In this document: positions 24,001 through 36,000 of the stretch, one piece after another | Position numbering within the stretch: position 1 is the first letter of the stretch | Layout: each line of letters begins with the position of its first letter | Source: Candidatus Omnitrophota bacterium | Lineage (GTDB): Bacteria > Omnitrophota > Gorgyraeia > Zapsychrales > JANLHA01 | Direction: 5' to 3' | Length of the DNA stretch: 64,000 bases | NCBI GenBank assembly: GCA_038222225.1 | Contig: JBBRHV010000006.1 | Location: 1,626-65,625 of the forward strand | Notes under the pieces: generated by a model | Seen by the model: only the letters and a program-made list of their open reading frames with translations | The model's database searches: none | What the model was told of the DNA's origin: nothing | Translations under genes and position numbers: made by a program

Positions 24001-27000
24001 TGGGGTCGGTTTTTGGAAAAACTTTTGAACTGTGGAAACAGTTCCATGGTCCAGACGTGGTTATTTCCATCTTGGCAACTGCAGTGATTTGGACTGTTTA
24101 TCGGGTCCTTGTTTCATTCAGGGCCATGCGGGCCCGGCTGGGTGAGCCGGCATTATTTTCAGGTTGGCCTGGAATTGCGCGTGTGATCATCGCAAAGGTT
24201 TTAAAGCGGATTGTCTATCCGCACAATAAAAATGCGAAATGCGCATCGGCGGCGGGTTTCCGTTCCTTTGCCCGGAGTTCTCGCCGGAAAGAGGTCCGTG
24301 AGGCCCTGATGCGCGCTTCAGCTCTGCTGCGCGAGTCCCAGCGGCCTCTTCTGGTTAAACACAATGATATAAGGAACGTCCTGTTTTTATTATTCCCGGG
24401 CCACATTCCAGCGGCGGTACGTTTGAAGGGCGAGATTATCTGGTCGCCATGGTGTCCGAGCAAGGAGGCCTTGATTTCACATTTGACCAGCGTGATGGGG
24501 ATTCGTCAGGAAGAGGCGCAGCTCACAGCCGATCTGGTTGAGATCTGCCTTTCCCAAGAGGAAAATGTCTGGCCTCATTGGCAGGCTGCCCGCCGGTATT
24601 TCAAGTCCATCCGTTTCAGGGTTCAGCAGGAAACTTGGCGGCTCATTGGACGTTCTTCAGATCGGCAATTAAAGGTTTACCGCAAGGCTGTCGAAGACCT
24701 CGTCCTTTTTAGGCTTGAGCCGGCCGGCGGGAAATCGGCTCCCATAGTATTTTCGAAGTTCCGGGAGAGGCTGGTTAAGTTCTTTGGTGAGCGGCCCGAA
24801 ACTGCGTATATCGCAGGCTTCGATGGTGAACTGATCGAATGGCTCTATGCCATATACGATGGCGGACTTGGAGAAACAGCGTTTATCCAGGAGGTGGTTC
24901 GCCTCATGGATGTTGCTAATAATGTGGATCATGCGATGTCCGACCATGTTGAGGGCGCATTGAAGGATGCCGGAATTGAGAACCTGAAACCAATGTCCGT
25001 TGTGTTTGCTTTTGATCCGCACAGCGGGACTGCGGCAGATATTCTCAACGGAAAACTCAGAATTAATTATTATCAGTACATGTCGAGTGTGGCTAAGGTA
25101 GAGGAATTGCTGGAGACCCTTCTGTATGATATTTACTTCCATATTATTTATGCGGATCAAATGCGCTCGAATGAATTTTGTGATCAGGCTTCGCGCTCTG
25201 AAGCGCCTGGCGTGGTCAAGGGAAGTTATTTGCGAGGAGAATCGTATCCGGTTTCAAGTTTGGAACAGGGGGACCGTATTCGTCTGCATGAACGATTGGC
25301 CAAGCTGACCGCAGAAAAGATCGCCGCACAATTGGTGTTTGGGAAGGATTCTCAGATCGCCGGTTTGAGGCGGCGCTTTGTGGCGACGTGTGCTAAGTTC
25401 AAGTCCGGAGCGTCAGTCGCAGAATTAGCACTGGAAGTCGCTTCGCGAAGAGCCGTCCTCCAGGTCGAAGGACATGCCGGAACCTTGACAGAATCCGCCC
25501 GACAGCTAACGGAGTATTTGAAGGCTGCGCTATCGGCTGATTTGCCGGAACAGAAGCAGGTTATGGATTATATTGAGATTCAGGCACAAGCCATGGCGGT
25601 ATTTTTTGAGAAGATTGAACTGACCTCCGATTTTCGCGTCAGGCTTATGTCCACAGCGGGCTTTTTTGGGGAAGGCGCGCATGATCGTCACGGCATAGCT
25701 GAGGTCGGCATGAATGGGATTGGGATCATTCCTGTCAATCGGCTTTCTTTTGATTTCTTATTTGAAATAAAGGCCCGCGTTGCGGCTGCGCTGACCGGAT
25801 TCCGTTACCGCAAGATGGTCAATGATCAGCAGGCTGTAGTTCATGGTCAGGCTAATTTGCTGTTGTCCAATCCGATGGCGCGCGAGCTTTTGATCAAGAC
25901 GTTCCGTTTAAACGGAAGCCGGGATCCAGAAAAACGCGCGGATGATGTCCTGGCCGGGCAGCATGATCTTTCCCGTTTTGAGGAGGAATTGAAGGCAATG
26001 CTGAGTGCGTTGGGATCCCGTTATGTGAAGGTTGGATGGGATGAACAGGGAAGAGTGATCTGTCCTTTGCTTGATCCAAGTCAGATGAAAGAGGAGATCC
26101 TTAAAACGCGCTTGCGCGGCAACGTGATCGTTTTTGCGATCCGCCCAACGGTCGGCGGCCGCGCTTTATTCTCGACCTGCCTTCCGGATGACGATGATAA
26201 TTTTATTTATTATCATCTTCGCGGAGCTATAGAATTTGATGAACAGGGAGAATGTAAGGGGATCATTCTCCAGGGAGGGGAACCGCGCGATCCTGACTTG
26301 TTCATGAAATATCATGGATATTTCGGCGTATATTCAGAAAAAGACCTGATGGCGATCCTGCGCAATGACATGATCCTGGCAGCCCGCCGGTTCATGAAGA
26401 GCGGCCTGTTTGATCCGCATACGGAGGTGGGGATTTTATATATTGATCAAAACGGAGTTGATCAGTCGGAGAAGGTCCGGCTTGTCGACCTTGCCCGTGA
26501 TGTTCTGTACCGTCAGCACGATGCTCCCCAGCAGAATCACCCGAGCTATGTTCCTCAGACCCGCATACTTGCCTTAGGAGAAATTCTGCTTTGGTACAAT
26601 TATTTCCATTTGAAAAACAGACTTGGGTTATTGCTGGATTCAGAAGCGAGAGAGTATCTCAGCGCCGTCAGATCGCTCCCTTGTTATGAGAGCCTTGTGC
26701 GTCATTTTCCGACGGTGGAAATTGCTGAGGTTGACGCGCTGCCCCTGGTGGACTCCTCAGGGGAAAAGACCGGTACCAGGGTCGGAGATTTAAGGATGTT
26801 CGGTTCATGGAAGCCGTTCCTGACAGCAGAAGATGCGCATTCGAATAAGACAATGTCTTGGGAACAGCGAGTCATGACGAATGCATCGGTCAACAGCGGA
26901 ACAGAAGACGATGAAGGACCTTTGAGGGAATCATTGATCAGGAAAGAGGCGGGTGAAAGTATAGCGGCGGAAGCTTGGTACATGGGACAGGAAAACGGGA

Positions 27001-30000
27001 AATATCGCGACTTTGGCAGTTATTTGGCAACCCATCCATGGGTGTATGATCTGAAAAAAGGAAAAGCCGACAGCGGGGCCAATTCATCCGTACTGGGACG
27101 CAGAGTTGAGCTAAAGGATTTAGTTTTTCAATTTGCTTTTGAGATGGAACGCCGCGGCCGCGTGATCCGCACCCGGGCAGGAAGGATCCTTGATATTGAA
27201 GAAGACACTGAACTTAAGCGTTCCAGGGTTATAAAAGAGGAGGGGATGAGCACGTACCTCTTGGCTGACCGTTATGAGAGAGGATCGTCCTTGATGGCCT
27301 GGGTTGCGCAGGGAGAGATCATTGGTTACGGCTCTTATGTTCTGTCAGAGAACGATTCAGCGTGGATCGGATTCTGCATTTTTGAAGAGTATCGTGGCCG
27401 TGGGTTTGGCAGCCGGGCCTATTCAAAGTTGATCAGCGTTACACAAAACATTGGCCTAAGGCCAGTTGTGCAGTGGAGATATCCGCCTATTACTGTTTTA
27501 AACAAGAAGCTTTATCCAGGTGCGCGCTGGGATCTTTTGCCGTTTTTGTTGAGAAAGGGATTCCGTCCGTGGTTTGCTGATATTTCAGAAGAACACATTG
27601 AGCGTATTGCCAGAGGGGAACATGTCGGTTCCCGTATTGTTCACCGGTTGGTCCAACAGCCGTTGGTCTTGACGGACCACGCGAATTCCGCTGTTTTGAC
27701 TTCAACAACAGTTGGTCACGAACCGTTCGCTTACCGTGTGTGGGTCAAAACACCTCCGGTGTTAGCCGAAGGTAAATTTGCGGAATTGAGTGTAAAGGGT
27801 GGCTTATTGAGCGCGGCCAGATGCGCCGAGCTTAACGCCGAGTTGGAAGGAGCGAAGAAAAAAATTCTAGCCGAAGGATTCTTTGATGAAAAAGATTTTG
27901 ATCTGGAAGTCCGCATTCTCCGACGTGCCTACCATAGTGAATCCTTCACGCGACAAGTTAAAAAGACAATTCTTTTCCTTGATGAGCGGACATTCCAACA
28001 TTCGTTTGCTCTTTATCTTGCCGTTAAACATGCCATAACAGATCTCTGGGTGGATAAAAATGCGGAAACGCTGATCGCGCATGATCAGTTCGGACATCTG
28101 AAAGATTATATTTCGGAATCTTCCAAAGGAAGATCTTTTAATCCGGCCTGGCGTGAGATTTTCACGATCTTAAACGTTAATGTTTTTGAGTTTTTGCTTT
28201 TGCGTGATCAAGCTCTCAAGAAAGCTGAAGAATTCATTCGTTCGATCGGAAAAGAGGCGGCCGTGCACGGGCTGTTTTGGCTTTATGTATTGATGCTGTC
28301 TGATAGAGAAAAAAAGACGCCCATAGAATGGATCGGCGTGGTTTTCGCCCTTGTCTCTTACAGCCCTGCTGTTTATCCGGCTATCCGAGCACGGGCGCAT
28401 GCTTTTGGTATGTATGAGAATCCGCAGAGGGCACAAGCTTTAGCGCGGAGTGTGGAAGGGGTTTTTGCAACCAAGGACTTGCAGATCGGGGCACAGGCTC
28501 AAGCCAGGCTTCAGGAGTTGCGCGGCTATCAAAAGCAAAGCGAGATTGACCGTTTGGCGGAAAGCATGAGAGCTCTGGTTTCTGCAGTGCAGCGCTTGAC
28601 GGATGAGGGATACAGGCCAGAACAGTTGACGTTGGCGTTTTTCAAAGACGTTCCTATTAATCCGGTTGATCGTAAATCGTGGTTTAAGCCGTTTAAAAAA
28701 TGTCAATGGGATGATCCGTTGCAGAGGAATTTGAGTCTCGGGCGGACATCGCGCGTGAGGAAATCTCCGGGATCTAACAGTGCGGTGCTTAATGGTTTTG
28801 AGCCGTCCGGGTCCTCTATAGGGCATCCGGGCCCAGCTGCTTCCAATAAGGTTTGGCTGATCGTTGCGTTTGTGCTGCCCATCGTTCATGGACTGAGCAT
28901 TGTGCTGGCGAAATATATTCTGGGCGTTCAGCTGGTGCATCCGATTGGGTATTTGTTTGCGTTTTTTGCTTGGACAAATATCTGGATGTTTTTGTTCCGG
29001 ATCGCACAGAGCTTCAGCAACGGCCAGCGTAATGAACAAACGCCATGGAGCTTGTTGCGCCATTGGAGTTTTACTCATCGGGAATGGACGGTGCTTGAGC
29101 AGTCGACCCGGGCAGAAAAGTGGATGATCCGCGTGAACGCGTTATTCAGCCAGTTTATTCTCACGCTGTTATTTATTTGGTCACTGAAAAGCGGCCTTTT
29201 AACAGCGGTTTATTCCATTTTGCAGACCTCCGGCTTTGTGTTCGGCCTGTTTCTTGGAGCGCTTGTTCTGGGAAAAATTCTAAATATTCACGCGGAAAAA
29301 TTACGGTTCCGTCATTTCGCCGGCATTGGTTTAGCTGTGACCGGGGTTGTGTGGGCTTTGGCAAGTGTGGGCATAAGTCAGGGCCGCGGGATCCGGGGCC
29401 TAATTGAAATGGTCATCAGCGGCTTAACCAGTTCGGGAGCAGGGTATGCCATCGGGTTGGCCGGGCTGGTCGGCTTTCAGGCCCTTCTGCAGAAGATCAT
29501 TATCAGTGTGATGAATAAGGGCAAGCCGTACCGGCAGAAACAATTGCCTTATGTTATGACAAAATACGGATACCGGTTTGGGATCACGACAGCGTTGTTA
29601 ACGCTTCTCGGATTAGCCATCATTTCTCCTGCCGTGGCTCCGTCGGTCGCTGAGATTGCAGCGTGTTTTTTCAATCCGTATTTGATCGCCTTGGCGGGAA
29701 TTTTTCCAATGATATGGATCACGACCTATACCTTGTACCGCAAACTTCCTTTATTGCAGCTGACCTTTTTCCGTGCAACCATTCCTTTCTGGGTCATGCT
29801 CGGGTCATTTGCCGCAATGCATACAGCGGTGACGTTCAGCCAGGTCATATCCGGGCTTTTTGTTCTATCGGCGGCGGTTGTGGCAGCGACGGGCACTCAG
29901 AATGGAAACAATCAAGACGCGGTGCCGGATTTTCAAGCAGAGAACGGCCAGGACAAAAGAGAAGTTGTCGTACGCTGCCATTCTTGGTTTAAGCCATGGG

Positions 30001-33000
30001 AAAAAAGGAAGAACCGGATCCATTTGCGTCCGGCCAGTAGAATTGTTTATGTTGCGAAGTACATCTGGGATCAATTGAACATTCGTATGATCGTTGAAAA
30101 GGAAGGAGATCAACAACAGGTGGATGCCCGAAGTATCAACGGCCTTGCACGTCTGGCAATCTTTGACGGGGAAAAAATTTCAATTCGAACAGAGGGCTTG
30201 GCAGATAGGCAGATCAAAGGCAAAGCGGTTGAACTTTTTGCTAGGATTTTGAGAGACCCGGGGGTTCTTCAGCACAAAACGATTTGGGACATTTTTTATT
30301 TCTTTGATGAAGGGCGGGGGATAGATCAATTGTCCTTGCGTAAATATAAGCGTGCGGTTGATTTGATCAAGCTGGATGCGGCGGAGTCGGACCGACCTGA
30401 TAGGGCGCAAGTCAATTCCTCAGTTCTATTCGGAGCATCTCTGGCGCAGATCGATGCCTCTATCGTTGGTGATGTGGTCGGAATGATCATGTTTGCTTTG
30501 GGGTCGGCGGTTACCTGCATTGCGGCCCTGTTGATATGGCTGGTTAGAACACAGCGGTTCCGTATTCATGGGTTCTGGGTTAGGAGCTATACACCGGAGG
30601 AGATGAAAATTCGCCGGAGCGTTCATGCGCGGATGATCGATTTTTGCATCGGAAGCAAGCATTCTCAGAGAATGGCAGCTCAACGCATGGCGGGCCGTTT
30701 TACGCATTCGGCACGCAAATCATACAGATATCTTGTTGATATCTATGGAAGAGAAAAAAGCAAAACGGAATTTTTAAAATTTTTGAGAGAAACAGAAAAG
30801 GATCGACTGGTTACTTTTTTAGTTTTCTTAGAAAAGAAGAAGATGCGGTTGATCGTCGCTCCGCGATTTGTGGAAGGCGGAAAAGAATTCCGTCATCTGG
30901 ACATGCAGCATGGGTTCGCTTTGGAGGGCGTTCTAAAAAATTATGTTTACGGATATTTTGAAGGGATTGACCCAACGGACGATCAAGGAAAGATCGTGCT
31001 GATGTATTTGGCGGGGGAGGAGGGGTTCAAACAGCTACAAGAGTTGGCATTTTTATTTATTACAGGCGGAATATCCATAGTGAAGCCAGTCGAGCTCTTT
31101 ATGGATTCGGGAACGATAGGTGAGATCAAGACTGTGCGTGATCTTTTGCGTGTTGAGTATTTCTATCAGATAAAAAAGCAGAAGCAAAAAGAGGCGTTAG
31201 AAAAACGCATTGCCGAGGATAGGGCCGCGCAAGACGGGACCAACGCGGCGGTTTTAGAGAACGGCACAGCGGATCATGAACAGGACGGTGGCGAAACAAA
31301 TGCCGCGGTGCTGGATTCCGAAAACGAAAGCAAAGGGGAATTTTTGGCCGGGACCCAGCAGGGGATTCGGCTTGGGCTTTTGACACTTGAGGAGGCGCGT
31401 CTTTGGGAGAGGGCGGCAAAGATTGTTGATGCTCCTGTCGGCATGGAGATAGAATTCAGTCATCCGGAAATTGCGACATTAGGTGATGATGAGTATGATC
31501 TTCCCTATTATATTAGCGAACATTATTCGGATCCTCATTTGGAATTTAATCTTGAGCCATCTTGGAATCTTGGCATTCAAAGATATTTGGTAAGGCATAT
31601 TTACCGCAGTATGGGGTTGTCTGAGGATGATGTGATCTCGGTCCAGTTAAACTGCGGTATCCGCAAGAAAGATTATGAGGGGCTTTCTCAAGCTTCCCGC
31701 GGATTATTTTTATCTATGGCGCATTATTTAATGCTTGCGGTTACGATCGTTTATGCATCAAATCAAAGGATCTTATCAAAGAAATCAGAAAAGGTGGCCG
31801 AAAAACGGGATTGCGCTGAACCGCTTGATGGAGAACCCTACATTCGGATCGAATACGGTTTTCTTGATACGATCGATGAGGGGTGGCTGGTTCTCTGGAT
31901 CTTGCATCAGGTTATTTGGAAAACTGCAAGGTTCAGCGACGATCAAAAAATTTCCGGCAAACTCATTCGTGAAGAGGAGCAGTTGCTAATCAAGATCGGG
32001 CAGGACATGGTTATTCAATTGCATGAACGTCTTCCAGGTATTAGAGGATTAAGTGCGAATGATATATTTGACCTGTCGGATGCTCGGACGTGGTTTAGGT
32101 TGGTTCCGTGGCGCCAGGAAAATCCTGCTACGGTGAAGGCCATTGACAATCTTCTCCAGAAAACTGTGCTTCAAGTTTTGTCCACTTTAGGAGGGTCAAA
32201 CCATACGCCAGAGAAGGAAGTGCCGGTTTGGATTTTACCGGCTGGAAATCGGGAGACATTTTTAAGATGGTTTGGTAATCGGGAGCAGGCGATTGCTCAT
32301 ATTCCTGAGCCTACAGGTGGACAGGACGAGGTAAGGGATGGCGGAGTTAATTCTGCCGTTTTGGATCAGAGAAACATTGTTGGTGTTGAAGTGCACTGTC
32401 CGGCAGGATCAGGATATTGGCTGAGAGATATTCTTTATGAAGGGATCCCGGTTCAAGGCGGGCTGGTGATCCGGTATTATGATCAGTCGCGGTGGTCGTC
32501 AGGAATTGCAGGGATACGGACGGTTCGCAGTGATCATGGATTTTTTACAGAAGTGGATATGTTAAGAATATTAAATGGAGAGGTCCCGACAGACATTTTC
32601 TACGTGGGGGCTTTTCATTTGGGATGTGTTCGGCATGCGTTTGAAAGCGCGCTTCAAATTCAAAAGACAGGCCTGTGGAACGGGTCTCAAGCAAATCATC
32701 ATTTCATTTCAAACCGCATTGCCTGTGATTGTGATGATTTCGATATTCGTGTCAGTGATGCTTTGCCGAGGCTGAATCTGAGGACTGCAACGCCGTTTGC
32801 CTGGCGCAGAAATTGGAGTGTCAAAGCAGCGGTTATTCGGGGAGATGAGGTTGTAAGTAACACACGATTTATCGATCAGCTTCAAGCGAGGCTTTATTAT
32901 TGGAACGATGTGCCGGAATTTAAGGAATGGATAAGCCGTGGGATTCAGCAGACAAACGCAGCGGTTTTGAACCAGAGAATGTTTGAGATCGTGGATACAC

Positions 33001-36000
33001 ATATGATCAGGCGCAGAGTAGCGCAGAATCTTCAGGCATTGGAAGGCCTGCTGCGACAAAATTTTTCAGATCAAATGCTGGCAGAGGCTGCGCAATATCT
33101 TGCGCCGTTCACCACAGAACCGATCCTGTTCCATGAGATTTCAGATCAGGAGCGTGGGGAGCTGACGGTCGTTGATTTAGGCAACCGGCCGGCGGGATCG
33201 TTTAAGCCATGGATCATTTATGGTGTGATCAAGGCTATTTTGGAAGGGAAGACAACGATCGTGACCGCCAGCACAGGAAATCAGGCTATTGCTGTTCAAA
33301 AGATCATTGAGCAGATCAATGCAACGCCGTCGTTGATCGGTATCAACGCCCAAAGGCTTGGAATAAAAGTTGTTCTATTTGTGGGCCGTCATACTCCGCT
33401 GGAAAAAATCGACCGCATCAAGCACGGTGACGGACTTGTTGAGATTGTCGGAGATCCGAGGGAGAACGGCAGGTTGTTTGAGAACTATGAGGGGGCCTAT
33501 CGCGCCGCACGAGTCTTTGCAGCCCAAGAGCCTTCTAAGAATTATTTTGTTGAACATGCCGGGCGGGAGGCCATTGCCGGGTATATTGTTTTGGCAAACA
33601 GGGTCTTTGATCAGTGGCTCGCTCAGGGGCGAGATCTTCATCAAATGACAATACGGGTTGGGGTTGGCGCCGGAGGTTTGGCCAGCGGGTTTGCGATCGC
33701 GGCATTTTTAAGGGGAGCGGGCGTACGGATCATTGGGGTTCAGACCGATCGGACTCGTCACGCCTTTGATTCTCTATTTCAGGGAAGGATTCTCCCCTTT
33801 GTTTCAGGGGATACGAGTGGTGAATTTGATGAGGATGGGATCGACACAAAGACGCTTGAACCGATGGCGTTTTGGGCATTATCACATTTCTTGGATGGAT
33901 TGGTTCTCGTTGATCATCAGGAAGTTCCTTCGGCGATAGATTCTTATACACAACATGGAGTTGCGGCTGAAGGCGCGGCAACGCTGCCGTTCATTTCTTT
34001 AGAAAGATCAGCCCGTTTGTTTGATGATGAAGGGTCCCGTCAGCAGATTTTGATCGCCACCGGAAGAAACCGCAGAATACAACCGGGCTTGAACAGTGAT
34101 CAAGAGGCTAATGCCGCGGTACTTGGCGTCATGACCCCGCATGATTTTGTACATGATGGACGAATTTTGAATGAAGTTCATGCGTCAGGATCGGTTGTGG
34201 GGATCGTCCGCGAGATCAAGCGCGGCGCATCGCGTGTGGCAAAAACACCGGATCATGTCCGGCAGTTGACGCAGAGTGGGCTGATCGTTTTGGTAGAAGC
34301 TAAAGCTGGCGAACGCAGCGGGTACAGTGATGATCAGTACCGGCAGGCTGGCGCGTTCATTGTCCTTTCGGCTCGTGAGGTTTGGGAGCGGTCGGATATC
34401 ATCGTCAAGGTGAAAGAACCTCTGCCGCAAGAATATCAATATTTCCGCCGGGGATTGATCTTGTTCACCTATTTCCACTTAGCAAATCCGGAAAACAAAA
34501 ATTTGACAGAGGAGTTGTTGCGCACCGGGGTGACAGCTATTGCCTATGAATCTGTTGTGAAGGATGGACGGACAGTTCTGTTGGAGCCTATGTCGCATAT
34601 TGCCGGATGGTCTGCGGCGATTCTTGGTTTGTTGTATTCCCGCGCGTCGCCGGATTACAAGTTCATGATCGAGCCCGATGGCCGTATAAAAGCGGAGTTA
34701 GCCGCTGATATTCAGCAGTCCGCTGAACCGCTGGCCGGGCAGATGCAAAAAGAATTCGACACTTTGCGCGAGTCGCGGTTCTGCATGGACGAACCCGGAT
34801 TAAGGATTTTGATAGAAAAATTTGGAGGGCTTGGTAATGTCGTGGTTCTGGGTGGAGGCAATGTTGGACGTCAGGCGGCCTATATGGCGATGTTATTACA
34901 ACCACGTTCGGTCACGGTTTCCCAGTTGCCACACTTGCAGGAGGCGTTGCGTGAAGATCTCAGACGGTATCAGGGTCAAACGGTATTTAAGATCGTCACG
35001 CCTGATTCGGCTGAACTCATGGAGGCTTTAGAGCAGGCGGATGTCATTATTAGCGGGATCTATGCGCGCACTGCTGAGGGCGCTACCCGCGCATTGAAAG
35101 TTATTGATGAAGGCCTTCTTGAGAAGATCAGCCGCGGCAAGAAAAAGGTCATTATCGATGTCGCCATTGATCAAGGAGGGAATATTGAGCCGGCATTTGA
35201 CCGGCAGGAAACGGATCCGTTTACCTATCTCGACCGCCCGGCTCGACTGGACAAATTTGGTAATTTGCGCATGGATATTCCTAACATGCCGGATGCGTTT
35301 GGTCCGGTCGCTTCTCCCTATTTGTCACATGCCACCCAACCGTTTCTTCTTTCGCTGGTCCGCATGTCAAACGCGCAGGATATCCGCGAGAGGGATCCAG
35401 TGCTTTGGACCGGGGTTGCCGTAATCGATGGGCAGTTACTGGATAGGGCTGTGGCACAGTCCCATGGGTTGAAACACGGTGGTCAGGGGACAAACAGCGC
35501 CGTGGTGATGAGTGATTCCTTCGGCAAAGAGAGTGACGATCGTGTCAGATTAAAAGGTTGTGGGTCAAGGTGGGCGCAGGTTAAGGCTGTTATCGGCCGC
35601 TCGAGTATCCGGGAAGAAGATTCCATTGAAGTCACTCTTCCGGGCAAAGATTTCCGCATGGATCTTAAGGCTCTTGCGCTGACGGGGTTGAAGGATATTG
35701 GATTGGCCAATTACCGCAGGGTTATGGAGGCTATGGAGCTTAAACACATTTGGAAACAGGTCTTTCTATCGGACATTCTTAAAGCCCTGGCCAGAGTGAA
35801 GTTTGTTCTAATCGATGATCCCCAGCGGAATGGGTCAGCGTCCCTGATCGCTGATGGATGGAGACGATTTATTGCTGCGGCCGTTTCCGTTGAAGCCCCT
35901 GGCCGGATCTATTTGTCACGGTCTCTTGTTAAGGACATAAAGAACAGAAAAGAATTCGATGCCCTGATCGGATTTGTCTGGAGTGCGGGTTTTTGGATAG

